In this document: positions 44,620-56,537 of the stretch, in pieces
How the letters are laid out: every line of letters starts with the position of its first letter
Position numbering within the stretch: the first letter of the stretch is position 1
Assembly: GCF_011745625.1 (NCBI RefSeq)
Contig: NW_027191472.1
Span: forward strand, 310,001-374,000
DNA: 64,000 nt
Origin: Cladosporium halotolerans
Taxonomy: Eukaryota
Reading direction: 5' to 3'
Program-made: the position numbers and the translations under genes
The notes under the pieces: model-generated
Seen by the model: only the letters and a program-made list of their open reading frames with translations
What the model was told of the DNA's origin: nothing
Database searches by the model: none

Positions 44620-45780
44620 TCAACTATGGACAGCCCCTGGTTTTTGCAGTCCCCAAACCGACAAGCTACTATTTTGCTGGTAATGTTGAAGAAGCGCTTC
44701 CTGGGCTCGCATGCTGGCCTTGTGCGCGGCAATGTATTCTTTCAAGGCGTGCGCGACAACGTGTTGATCTGCGGCGTGCGCCGCAATTATCGGACCAAGC
44801 TCGATATTGTCCTGGGGAGTAACCGTGTAAGTGCCAGCGTTTGGATGAATCGTTGCCGTTCCCCCGGACCCGGAAAGCCCATCGCCAACAGTCACTGGCA
44901 GGTGCGGCTCAGAGTGTAGTCTCCGGTGATACTGGATTTTTGCTTGCAACGATTCCTTGGCACCCTTGGTGTTTGACAGCGCGTAGAGGACGGATGGGAA
45001 AGCAAACATCATCAATCCTCCCGCGGTGAAGACGATATAAACGAGCAGTATTGCAAGACTTGCGTGCTCTCCGCGTAGTGTGCTCAATTTCTGGGTGAAC
45101 ATCTGCCCATAGTAGATCCCGATTCCTATCAAGAGCGAGGCCAAAGACCAATCCAGCAGTTGGAGCGGAGTCACCAGCAAGAGGGCCGAGCTGTAGCACG
45201 GCACTTCACGTACTACGGTCACAGACCAAAAGAGAACAATCCCGCCCCTCACAATCCCTGTCGTCGACAACCATTGTCTGACATCCCTTGCGCTGTGCAT
45301 GCCGCCGAGCTGGACTTGAATCATGCACGCAAAATATACGGACAGAAGCCCTGTGACCAAACTCATCAGAAAGGCGGCTTCCGCTGTCCAGTGGATACGA
45401 TTGAGTTCGGAGAGAGACAAGGCTGTGATGGCGATTTGCGCAACGATGGCGCCCTGGAGCTTGGCCTTAGTAGTGCTTGATGGAGGACGGTGTGGGACGT
45501 TTCAACTCACTGCTACAGCGATCATGTTCAGATTCGCGGTGTACGAAGCCTTGATCACCAGCGCTTCCTCTGACCAGTCTCTGCCGCTCGGCTCTGCGTC
45601 GCCTCTCCCAGGCAAGACGTGCTTTCTGATCCGTCTAACAATGGAATGTGCCTACAGATAGACGGTATACAGCAGGAGAGTCCTGACGAGTCCGAATTCC
45701 TGCAGATTGATGTTGAGCTCGCTGGCGGTGCCTTTCAAGATTTCGCTGGTGCTTTGAGCCCACCCGAGGCTCATTCCCAT
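44620..45780 (-). pseudogene. Fungal multi-pass membrane protein gene, probably with a premature stop in the 5' exon
   Basis: Intron 45454-45510 (GTGAGT...CTAAG...CAG) links NLNMIAVA to GAIVAQIAITALSL...HWTAEAAFLMSLVTGLLSVYFA, with 4-5 TM. In-frame TAG at 45652-54 between ATG 45780 and the intron; it could instead be a splice acceptor. Confidence 0.55.
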
Positions 45781-46333
45781 GCAGCTGATTCCTATGCCTA
45801 CAACTTCGGCCTACGGTACGTTCCTGGGAAGAGACATATATTTCGCCTGTATGCTGGCGCGTTTGAGGTGTGGTGTTTGTGATGAGTAGGGGACGAGTCC
45901 TCGGTGGTATTCGAAGGGTTCCTACGACACAATGATACTATTCATTGAGGAGCCGATTTGAGAGTAGAGGGAGAGCCGTCTAATGAGGCTGAGTCCAGCT
46001 GAATGAGGGCGGCCTGAGGTCTATCGTTCTGCGACCTTCCCGCAGCGGCGTGGCTTGACTGGTGCAGCACAGCTGCAGCCTACCTTACAACATGTCTGAT
46101 CGCAGGGTTTCTGACGTCGCAAATACAGCAGCCTGGCTCCTCCCTCAACATACGGCTGTCGGCTTGTGTTCTAAAAGAAAGGAACTAGGTGCTTCTATAT
46201 AAAGGTGATCTCTGATCTGACAATGTTGTGCTCAGCCGGAGGCTTCAATGCCAGTATATATCCGAGAGCGATAATCATACACTTTCCCATATGACGCATA
46301 GCATGTGCAAGAACAACACATTCATCGCTGATT

Positions 46334-48367
46334 TCAAGCAGCACCCTCGCCTGCATCTTCCTCCTCATCCTCGTCCTCGTCCTCGCCCTCCTCAACCTCC
46401 ACAGCACCCGCAAAATCAAACCTATCCCCCTTCGCCTTGCCCGAAACATACTTGACGAACTTCAACACGCCACGATCCCTAAGCACCAGACTTAGGGTGT
46501 TCCAGCTCGCCGGGTTGGAGAACAAAATACCGTCGTCCTCCTCGTCCTCCTGCGCGGCCTTGTAAATCGCCGGGTCGGCTTTGGGCCGCGAGGACGCTTT
46601 CTTCGCTGAGCGGCGGTCGCCTGCGCCTGTAGCCGATTGCAGTTTCGCGGGAATCGAGACGCCGTGGTCGGAGCCTGCGTCGGAGCCGTCTTCGTCGTCA
46701 GACTCGTCGTCATCGCCCGCCATGTACAGCTCGTAGCCGCCGACGTTGTCTTCCTCTTCCTCGGATGTCGGTTGAGGTTCGGGCGCGGGCTCGGGTGCCT
46801 TCGCCTTGCCTTTGCCCTTATCTTTGGGCGCGGCAGTGCCGTTTGCCTCCCCGGATTCTTCGTCCTCGTCGCCCTCCTCGTCGTCTTCGGCTTCAGCCTC
46901 GGGCTCGTCCGCGCCCCAGCCGGGCGTCGGCGTGATATTGAGGCAGTACTCCAGCTGCGGCTGCTCGCCGCGATAGCCCTGCGCAAGCTGGTAGTCGAGG
47001 CCGCGGCGGAACTTGCGTGCGAGGACTGCGCAGCGCTTGAGCGACAGGCCTGTGGTCAAGGCCAGCCACTTGCGGAAAGCCAGGCTGGGCAGGAAGTTGT
47101 ACATGATGTCGCCGTGCGGGTCGTCCTCGCTGCCGACGGGAGGTGGGCGCACGAGTGTCGAGGCCGCGAGGTATTGGTAGCGGTGCTTGTGGGGCGGGCG
47201 CGAGGTTTCAAATTCGCGCTTGAAGGAGGTGTTTTCGAGTTGCTTTTGGAGGCGGGGCGCGAGCTTTTTGTTCAGGAAGTTGGCCATTTGCGCTGTGGAT
47301 TCTTCGGTGAACATCTCGTTAAGCTCTTCGACGGTGTCCGGGGTGAGGTAGTTGGGTGTCATGTAGTTGAGCAGGAACTGGAGGTCCTCCTCTGAGAGCT
47401 CGGCTTCTTCCTCGTCTTCGCCGGCAGCAGGCTGCTTGGTGTTGGCCTCCGGATCAATCCATTGCGGTTTGGGGTCATCAAACTGATCGCCCTTGCCCTG
47501 GAGTTGCTGAAGAGAGCTCTTCTCAGCAAGCTTCTCTTCGAGTCCAGGCTCGAAGCCGTCCTCGCCTTCTTGAGGAATGTGGAACCAGCCACTGATGGCC
47601 ATGCGGACGCGGCCGCCATCGTCCTCCTCGACACCCTCAGCGCGGTGGTAGACCTCCTCCACATCGTGGAAACTCTCTCCCGGCTGGACTGCGAAGAATG
47701 AAAGCTGGTTCCACGCGGGAGGAATGACTTTGCTGAACTCAGCTCTCGGCACCTTGTAGAGCTTGCCGTCATCTGCCTTCTCATCATCCGTAGGGTAGAG
47801 TCTGAGGGCGCCACCCCACTCGGCCTTCCAAGGCTTGTCGGGGTCGGTAAGGTAGAGAATGTAGCTGACTCGCCTGCTTCCAATGACATCGTCATGGCAC
47901 AGCAGGTGGCAACCGGGGACGTAGACGTTGACGGCCATGTCAGTCTTCTTTCCAGACAAAGGCCCGGACCCAGCGACCGTGGAGATCCATTGGCGGAACT
48001 CCTGACCGTAGAGAGCGTCACGCAGCTTTAGCAGGCTGGGAAGCTTCTCCAGTGCAGACTCCGGCAGTCCTGAGAGGTTGGCCAGATCGCCGGACTGGTG
48101 GATCTTGTAGATGTCGGTTTCCTTGGGCGTGAAATGGATATTGTCGATGATCTCCTTCCTGACCGAGCGCAGGAGGTTGTCGTTCATCAATCCGTGGACG
48201 ACGGCATGCTTGTAAGGTGCCGAAGCAGCGTATTCGTCGGTGTAGCCTTTGAGGGTCTTCTCAGCGAAGAGGTTCTCCCCAAACTGGGCCTCGACGGCGT
48301 TGGAGTCGGTGGCCTGCTTCTTGCCGTTCGCGGCGGGCGCAGTCTGTGTCTCCGCCTTACGCTTCAT
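46334..48367 (-). CDS. TPA1: uS12 prolyl 3,4-dihydroxylase Tpa1/Ofd1 (OGFOD1)
   Basis: FTPKETDIYKIHQSGDLANL, HLLCHDDVIGSRRVSYILYL, SFHDVEEV, RMAISGWFH and WNTLSLVLRDRGVLKFVKYVS. Confidence 0.95.
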   Translation of the reverse strand: MKRKAETQTAPAANGKKQATDSNAVEAQFGENLFAEKTLKGYTDEYAASAPYKHAVVHGLMNDNLLRSVRKEIIDNIHFTPKETDIYKIHQSGDLANLSGLPESALEKLPSLLKLRDALYGQEFRQWISTVAGSGPLSGKKTDMAVNVYVPGCHLLCHDDVIGSRRVSYILYLTDPDKPWKAEWGGALRLYPTDDEKADDGKLYKVPRAEFSKVIPPAWNQLSFFAVQPGESFHDVEEVYHRAEGVEEDDGGRVRMAISGWFHIPQEGEDGFEPGLEEKLAEKSSLQQLQGKGDQFDDPKPQWIDPEANTKQPAAGEDEEEAELSEEDLQFLLNYMTPNYLTPDTVEELNEMFTEESTAQMANFLNKKLAPRLQKQLENTSFKREFETSRPPHKHRYQYLAASTLVRPPPVGSEDDPHGDIMYNFLPSLAFRKWLALTTGLSLKRCAVLARKFRRGLDYQLAQGYRGEQPQLEYCLNITPTPGWGADEPEAEAEDDEEGDEDEESGEANGTAAPKDKGKGKAKAPEPAPEPQPTSEEEEDNVGGYELYMAGDDDESDDEDGSDAGSDHGVSIPAKLQSATGAGDRRSAKKASSRPKADPAIYKAAQEDEEDDGILFSNPASWNTLSLVLRDRGVLKFVKYVSGKAKGDRFDFAGAVEVEEGEDEDEDEEEDAGEGAA

Positions 48368-49102
48368 GCTGGAACGGATTCACGAGTGGTAACAATATCT
48401 TTTGGACGGCGATGGCGTCTACTTCGACATGAGGTCAAGCTACAAAATTTCTCCAGCCAACACGGCTCAGCCAATCAAGGGCGGTCGCGCGCGTGAAGCG
48501 AGACGAGAGTTCGGCCAGGACCGAAAGGGTCCAGCGGCGCGACGGGGCGCCAGCGCCTGGCGCAGCCATTGACGTATGAGCGTGGGCGACAGCAGCAAGA
48601 AACGCCGGTTGTGAAACCCAGTTTGCGACCAGCCCGAACCCTGTCTCCTATAATTTGCTGTCAACACGCCTGTTGTCCACGCGCTGGCTTGTTTGAGGTT
48701 TCGCTGAAGAACGAGTTTCGCGAGACAGTGGAGTGCATTGTGAGTCGCCGCATACAATACAAGTACAAGTACATCAGCAGGTACGCCGCATCCCGCTGTC
48801 AACATTCCTCAAGCCGATTGCCAGCAGTCACGAGCCCACCTATTTACCCGCATTGTCGCTGCTTTTTATTGTTCGCACGCACCGCCCCAAAAGCCATTCT
48901 TTTCCTTCGCGCCTGTCTATTGTCACTGTGCTGGACCACAGAAGCTTCTAACAAACAACCCTGACCATTAATCGGTAATTAAGCAGATCGCGGCAACAAT
49001 CATCCCTTGCTTTACGCCTTATCACTTCACGCCGGTTACTGCGAAGAACCAGCAAGCACAAAACTCCCGCGGCGACATTTGACAACATACTCCACTCTCA
49101 AC

Positions 49103-49651
49103 ATGGGTGCTCTCGACTTTCTCGGTGATCGCTCCAGCAGCGGCGGCGTCTTCGGCGCACTGATCCGACTCATTCTTCGATTTTTCCAGTTTGTGCTGGC
49201 CATCACCGTCGCCGGTCTGTATGGCGTCGACCTCCACAACGCTAAGAACGCTGGCGTCTACACCGACGGCAAGTGGGTGTATGCTGAAGTCGTCGCCGGT
49301 CTGTCTGCCGTCACGGTGCTCATCTATGGCATCCCCTTCTTCAAGTCCTACTGGGCGTTCTTCTGGGACCGGGTGCTTTTGTAAGTGCTCCTCAAATCGC
49401 GAATATTCTTGAACCGCCACTGACAGACCTGTGCCAGCGTCCTCTGGATCGCGCTCTTCGGCATTTTTGGCAAGATCTACATCAAAGCCGACCCCACCCC
49501 CAAGCAGGACGGCATCAGGCGCATGAAGCACGCCGTCTGGATTGATCTGGTCAACGCGCTGCTCTGGCTTTTTACTGCGCTCTATGCGACTGCCATTTTC
49601 TGGCGTGCGCGCAAGGGTAGGACGACGCACACCGGTCGCGCCACCGTTTAG
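49103..49651 (+). CDS. MARVEL-domain four-TM membrane protein
   Basis: LRFFQFVLAITVAGLYG, KWVYAEVVAGLS and RMKHAVWIDLVNALLW. Intron 49381-49437. Confidence 0.85.
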
Positions 49652-50255
49652 GAGAAGAGCAGCGTGGCTGCGATGGGTGCGCGGGAGGGGATGAGGCCTG
49701 CTGTTGGCGGAGCAAATTGGACGTGGGCAACGGCGGGAAGAGGACAGGAGGTCGGTCTGATGTCCACTCGATGATTGGGGCTTTAGCGGAGGAGGCTGTT
49801 AATGCTTGATGCGATACGATACCCTTTTATTAATGTTCTATGCGCTGGTAGTTCAATGCAAAGCACGGGAAAGATGTCGTCAAGAAACATATTCAGACAC
49901 GTTGTCATCAACTCAAAGTCCGCACAATAGGGTGAATGGAGCGTGAATGTGAAACAGCGCATTAATAATGGAGAGCTGATATTCTCGCCGGCGATCGTCA
50001 CTCCTCCCTCTCCACAGTCAGCTTCGCGCCAAGCGCGGTGCTTCACGTTGCGCATGAACCCGCAGGAGGATCACGATCGCCCCAAGTCAACCTCACCCAA
50101 ATCCACCAAACGAGTTACACTCTGCACCTCCGTAGAATAGAGATCGCCCCCTTTCGACCGCTTCAGCAGCTGCACAGCGATCAGGCCATGCCCGCACTAT
50201 AGGCGCCCTTCCAAACCCGCGATGAGAGCCTGTCCTCCGGCCCTCAAAGCCCGAC

Positions 50256-53200
50256 ATGTTCCTCCAAAATCTCGTCCAGAAGGCCCAGCAGCTCATTGAT
50301 CCCTCGGTGCTGCCAGGTCCCCTCGGGAACGCCTCTGCAAACCGCCCGTCCAAAAGCCAACTCTTTCGACATCAGTTCCGCCTACCCGAGTCGCAAAACC
50401 CGCTGCACGAGATCACAGCGGAGCTGACACTACCGAAGTCAAAGAACCCAGGAAGCAAGAGTCCGGGAAAGCAGGGTAGCTGGGACAAGAACAACTGGGA
50501 CCGCGAGCGGGGCACGCATTATGTCGGTCAGCTGCACCTGAGCGAGCAGTTCCTGTGCTTCTCCACCGTCAACACTTCTTTCGTCAGCACGGCGAGCACG
50601 AGCGCGAGCTCAGCCTTCACTGGCCGTACTCATGGTACTGGACCTGCGGGCAATGGCTTCACGCTGCCCTTATGTGCGGTCAGGAGGGTCGAGAGACTAC
50701 ACACTCAGAGCTACATGTTTGCTCTTTCGATAACGACGTGGAATGGCTTCGAGCCCGCGAGCGGCGACACTTCTGGAGCTCCTGCACCTCCCAAATTGAC
50801 GATTCAGCTGGAGGGTAGTAGGCAACAATGCGAGCGATTCTGCGACGGCCTCAAGAAAGGCCTGAAGCAAGGCGTGAAAGAGGTGGAGAACATGCGGACG
50901 GTAGCACAGGACTGCTACTCAGAATACTTTCTCTACAACGAGTTTGATCAGACACCTACGGCTACCAAGCCAGATGGCACTCCCAGGACACCGCCGGATA
51001 CGGGTCTGGGCAGTATCTTCAAGTACCCTGGCAACTCGCGCAAGCTGCGCGACAGGAGCAAGATGAGGCTTTGGCATGAGTATTTGAAGGAGAACGGACG
51101 CAACACCACTCTTGTTCGACAACCTGATTTCCATCGGCTCATCCGTGTTGGTCTACCGAATTTGCTGAGAGGTGAGATCTGGGAGCTTACCTCAGGCGCT
51201 TTCTATCTTCGCCTCCAGAAGCCGAAGCTCTACCAAGAGACGCTGGCAAAGCACGAGGGTCAGCATTCGGTCGCTATTGACGAGATCGAGAAAGATCTCA
51301 ATCGCTCATTACCTGAGTATGCCGGCTTCCAGAGCGAAGAAGGCATAGGGCGCCTCAGGCGCGTGTTAACGGCGTACAGCTGGACGAATACTGAGGTCGG
51401 CTACTGTCAGGCGATGAACATCGTCGTAGCCGCTCTTCTGATGTGAGTAATCTTCCTCGGCATTATCAACTTTCTTGTCATGCTAAATGCTCCTCCAGAT
51501 ATCTCTCCGAAGACCAAGCCTTCTATACACTTTCAGTTCTCTGCGACCGCCTCTTACCCGGATACTACAGCATTACAATGTACGGAACGCTTCTCGATCA
51601 ACGCGTGTTCGAATCACTGGTTGAAAAGACGATGCCTATCATTTGGGAGCACCTCGTTAAGAACGACGTGCAGCTTTCCGTTGTTTCCCTGCCTTGGTTC
51701 TTATCACTGTACATCAACAGCATGCCTCTCATCTTCGCTTTCCGCGTCCTGGACGTTTTCTTTTTGGAAGGCCCCCGCGTTCTTTTCCAAGTTGGTCTCG
51801 CTATCCTCCGAATCAACGGCGAGGAACTGCTGGATGCAACCGATGACGGAACCTTCATCTCTGTTCTCAAATCCTACTTCGCTAGGCTGGGCGAGAGCGC
51901 ACACCCTAAATCTGAGAACCCGAAGTACCGCGCGATCACGAATTTCCAGGCACTCATGGTCGTCGCTTTCAAGGAGTTCGACGGCATCACGCAGCACACC
52001 ATCTCCGCCGAGCGCACCAAGCACAAGACCGCCGTGTTGGACAACATCGAGTCTTTTGCGAAGAGAACGTCGATCAGAAATCTCGGCCCGGAAAGCAAGA
52101 AGCTCAGCACGAATGATCTGGGTTTCTTGTACGACCGCTTCTACGCCGTGCTGTACGAGCGGCAACAGCGCGCCAAGGTTCTGCAGGCAGAACAGGACAG
52201 GCGCCAGAAGGCCGCGCGCAGCAAAGCCACCGAGATCGTCACTGGCATTCCCGGCAACGCTCCTGAGATGGGCAGAGTGGGTCTGGGCCCAAGCCCGACG
52301 CAGATGGACTACGACGCTTTCCGGGAGTTCCTCGCCGGTGTTGCAAAGTGGGCTGTTACGGACTCGCCCACGGCGCAGTCGCCGATGAGGGAGGAGAAGA
52401 CAAACGGCTACTTTGGCGGTACGACTCGAAGCCGGTCAACGTCGACCTGGGGCAGCGGCCCAGAGCCTGCGGAGCACGAGTTTATGCAGCGGTTGTTCTC
52501 CCGGTGGGACGTTGATGGCGCCGGTGCGCTGAGCCTCCAGAACGTCGTCGGCGGACTGGCGCCCATCAAGGGTGATCGCGATATCATGTCTTCGATTTCG
52601 TATTTCTTCGAGCTCTACGACGACGATCAGGATGGCAAGGTGGATCGAGAAGGCATCTTGCGCATTTCAGAGGCTTTGCTGTTCTTGTCTCGCCGTGGTT
52701 TGAGCTCGCCCGCTTCTTCCGCTGTCGAGGTTGAAGTCGGCCCAGATGGACAGCCGAGAAACAAGGACGAGCAGTTCCTGGGTGCTGTCTCGGCTTTCAT
52801 CAGAAGGTGCTTCGAGTACGCGGATCCGGACCATCCTTCGCATCAGACGGAGAAGGAGGCCACTGAGGACTTGGACAAGTTCGCTCTCGGTGACGACGAC
52901 GAGGATGCAGGCGACGATCTAATGGATCTCAAAGAGGAGTCAGAAGAAAAGACCGAAGATACGCCAGCAGACGACTCCAAACCATCAGAAGTCACCTCCC
53001 CCTCTGCCGCAGACGACAGTATGCTCGCACGGCCTTCGGAAAACACTTTCGGCCAAACCGCCAAACCTCATCAGGCCGCAACCGCCAACGCCGCCCTCGA
53101 CCCCTCCAGCCCAGTCCACATCACCCTGCCTACTTTCAGGATGCTCGTCCTCGCCGACGAAACTCTCGAGTACTTCTTCGACTCCGGCTTCGCCAACTCC

Positions 53201-53722
53201 TTCCACCTCGCTGACGCCCCGCTGCCTTCCTCCACAGTCACTTCCCAGTCCCTCCTTGGCCAGCAATCACAGGCTCTCGGCGCGCCGAAGGACGCCATGC
53301 CGGCTCTCAGCCCCGGCGGAGCTGGCGCTGGCGTCGTGCCTCCCGGCAAAGGACTGCGCGGCATGCTCGACAACATCGTCACGGACGGCATGCGCGTCGC
53401 GAGTGAGGTCCGTAGGCGCATGGACGAGGCGCAGAAGGAGATTGACAAGGGCGCTAGCACGCGCGGGACGGAGGATGATTCGGACGACGATGAGGATGAG
53501 GCGGGTAGGGATCTGCTGGAGGGTGCTGAGGCGGATGCTGGTATCGCGGGTAGGAAAGAAAGTGGAGCGGGCGATCGGGGCGAGAGTGTGCTTGAGTCGC
53601 CGGTGTCGCTTGATAAGGGGAAGGGAAAGGCGAAGGAGGCGGTTGGTGAGGAGAAGGAGGGTGGTGAGAAGGAGCTGCCGATGCCGCCTATTGAGAGCAA
53701 GGATACGATGTTTGAGCGGTAG
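50256..53722 (+). CDS. Rab GTPase-activating protein Gyp2/Mdr1-like (GRAM, TBC, EF-hand)
   Basis: RVGLPNLLRGEIWE, EIEKDLNRSLP, LRRVLTAYS, GYCQAMN and EF-hand YDDDQDGKVDRE. Intron 51443-51498. Confidence 0.93.
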
Positions 53723-54398
53723 GGTTGGGTTCGGAGTAAGGAAAGGAAGGAAAGGGTGGTGGAATGGGGCATGTCTCGTGGATGGGCTTACGAATGATTT
53801 ACAGGATACCATCCTCCCGCCTGCAATGCGAGTAGAACACGAACGACTTTATATCGAAACGTCACAAGCATATTAGAGCCTTTCTGACCCTTTCTCCTTC
53901 GATAACGTGACGCAGCGCTCTTCGGCGGTCTTTTCTAGATCCCTATGACGAACCTCTCCTGTGCTTTCTCGGGCTCGTTGAGTGAGCGCCTAACAACAAG
54001 CCTACGTTGTGCCCATGTCCCTCGCTCTCCCAGTTGGCCCAACGATGCTGCCTGAAACGGCAATCTCGCGTTTCATTCGCAAGCCTCCTTCCAAGGACTT
54101 CACTTCACACGGCAAAAGGCAGTCACTGGCACCGATGTTTGCTACGAACAAGCGTTCTGGCATGTGATAGATGCTAGGAGGTCGACCGTTTTAGGAAAGA
54201 TGCACGCTTCTTTTGACGGACGATCAGATCAAAAGCTTTCACATGTCAAATTGTGAGGGCATCAAAGCGACAGCGACGCGCCTGCGCATTTTTCTCTTAT
54301 CAGCCCTTTCACACAACTACTTACGCCCCTGCCATCGCACATCGGCTCTGCAAGAACGTCAACACCACCAAAGAACACACACTAGCAACAACGCAACG

Positions 54399-55763
54399 AT
54401 GTGCATCTACTCCCGCTTCCGCTTCTTGTGCATGCACGAGAAGCTCAAGATCTCCGATGCCTGCGAGCAGGCCACCTACGACCAGCACGGCGAGCTCTTC
54501 TGCCGCCATGACCCGTCCGCGAACCCCAACGACGGCCGCCCGCGCACGTACGCCGACCGTACATACGGTGTCGGCATCTGTCCAAGCATCCACTGTGCCT
54601 GGGCTCACTCCCTCCTACCGCTCGGTGATTTCGGCGACGCCACGACCTTTCCCGACGGCGTGAGCTTCGCGGAGGATACAGAGATCGATCCGTCGCGCGC
54701 TGCTCGCCAGGCCCGTATCGATCGCTATTACGAGTTGCTTGACGACAACCAGAAGCTCCAGCACTACAGCAACGAGTACCCGCTCCCGGCTCATTTACGT
54801 AGCGCCGCTGGCCAATCTCTCCTCGAACACCCCTTCGTTGAAGCCATCAATCCCGTTGGCGTGAAGTGGGAGGAGCTCAACCCTCAATGTTTGCACCCGG
54901 CGGCGCTGCAGTGGTGCATCTATTCCCGCTTGCTTCCAGCTTCTATCGTCAACGGCAGCGGCAAGAAAACCGTCTCTCCACTGAAGCCGATCATTGGCCC
55001 GTTCAGCATCCCGGCCGACCATGAGTGCGCCGAAGAGCGCGGCATCTGCGGGAGCTGCGGCAGGAACATCGGCGACCCGGTGGCCCAAGAGGCCACGCTC
55101 ATCTACCGTCAGGATCTCGCGCTCACAGAGTTGATGAGAGAAGACATCACAGAAGAGGACGCGAGGGGTACCGTGTTCGATCCTGCTACCAAGCTCAAGT
55201 GGGACGATGCTGAGAGCAAGTACATCAAGCTGCCGCAGGTCTCTGGATCTGTTCACCCGGCTGGCAATATGCCTGGCAACTCCGGTTTGTATCCCCTTGC
55301 CCATTTTGAGCTCATTGCTGATGACAATGCAGCTGCCATTGCGCCTTACTTTCTTGTCACCCCGACGAACAGGATCGATCTCGCCAACGCTGCTGGTGGC
55401 TCCAAGCTGCTCAGCCCCTTTCAGAGCGCCTCTGAGGAGAAGCCGATGGACTGGGAGATCGAGAGATCGTCCGCGCCTGAAGATGACGATGTCTTCGGCA
55501 TCCCGCCGGCCAGCATTACCATGAATACTGATGTCCCAATGGACGAAGACCAAGAGTTCGACCAAGCAGCGGCGGACAGCAAGCCGCCGTCCCCCCTCGA
55601 CGAGGCGCTATCCGAGGCGAACAGACTCCACAGCCCGACGAATTTGACCCAAGCCCTTCTCAGCGTCGCTACCGACGATGACGGCTCGCTGGGCTTCGAC
55701 GACGATGTGGACACAGCCCTTGGCACTCCGACTCCAGCCTCACGCCACCACAACAGCAGGTAA
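54399..55763 (+). CDS. Hypothetical fungal protein with Cys/His-rich N-terminus and acidic disordered C-terminus
   Basis: ATG at 54399 (MCIYSRFRFLCMHE), coding-like codon usage and a second HEC...CGSC cluster. The 3' end may continue through a GTAAGC donor at 55760. Confidence 0.7.
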   Translation: MCIYSRFRFLCMHEKLKISDACEQATYDQHGELFCRHDPSANPNDGRPRTYADRTYGVGICPSIHCAWAHSLLPLGDFGDATTFPDGVSFAEDTEIDPSRAARQARIDRYYELLDDNQKLQHYSNEYPLPAHLRSAAGQSLLEHPFVEAINPVGVKWEELNPQCLHPAALQWCIYSRLLPASIVNGSGKKTVSPLKPIIGPFSIPADHECAEERGICGSCGRNIGDPVAQEATLIYRQDLALTELMREDITEEDARGTVFDPATKLKWDDAESKYIKLPQVSGSVHPAGNMPGNSGLYPLAHFELIADDNAAAIAPYFLVTPTNRIDLANAAGGSKLLSPFQSASEEKPMDWEIERSSAPEDDDVFGIPPASITMNTDVPMDEDQEFDQAAADSKPPSPLDEALSEANRLHSPTNLTQALLSVATDDDGSLGFDDDVDTALGTPTPASRHHNSR

Positions 55764-56537
55764 GCGTTTATTTTTTTCTGGTTCTTGAGCGTGAGAAGGT
55801 GGGATTGATAGATTCCCGGGCAGCGCGTCATGGACAGGTTGGGCTGGAAATGAGGCGTTTTGGGAGACTGGATTGTGCACGTGACACAACGGTAGCAGCA
55901 GACTGACGATGAACGAATGGGTGAAGTCGGCAATTTTCTTCCACAACTGTTCACGTGCTCTCTCCGTGCTAAAGTTCAGTTTCAGTGGTCTAGAGGGGAT
56001 GGAAGCACCGTATGGTCCTTGATTGTTGCAGAGATCCCGATGCGGGAACTCCGCGCCGTAGAACGACCGACACGCGATTGAGTTCCATTCTTGTACCGCT
56101 CTCTTCGAGCTAAAACAACATGTGAATACTTTGAAAGTGCATGGTAGCACCATGTGCTCTCCTGAATTTCCTACATAAATCAATTCGGATGCCTGACGAC
56201 CAATGGTTGCAGCGTGCTCCTCAATTGCATCCTTCCTGCTTGAAATACAGTTCATACAGGATGGCTTGCTGTGCCCGGAGCATGCGATACTTTTAAGAAG
56301 TTACTATTTCGCTGTGTCAACCTCCGGACTCTCTTGGCGAAAGTTCCTTCTCAAAGTTCGCAGTTCATGGTAGCACTGCAAGAGTCCATAGAAGTGCTGA
56401 AAGCCTCGTAACTCATATGCCAGCAAAGATACCTCAGTGAGAAACGTTTTAATGATCTGTATTTCGATATTCTAGTTCATATAAGCATGTTTCATTAGTA
56501 TGTAACTGTATTTAACACGGAAAAGCTTTAGCGAGCA

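Noticed and set aside
1652..48367. Apparent DNA-repair cluster (AlkB-like, SRAP, pol eta, Tpa1)
   Set aside because: The genes are 7-17 kb apart and interleaved with unrelated genes, which is consistent with chance.
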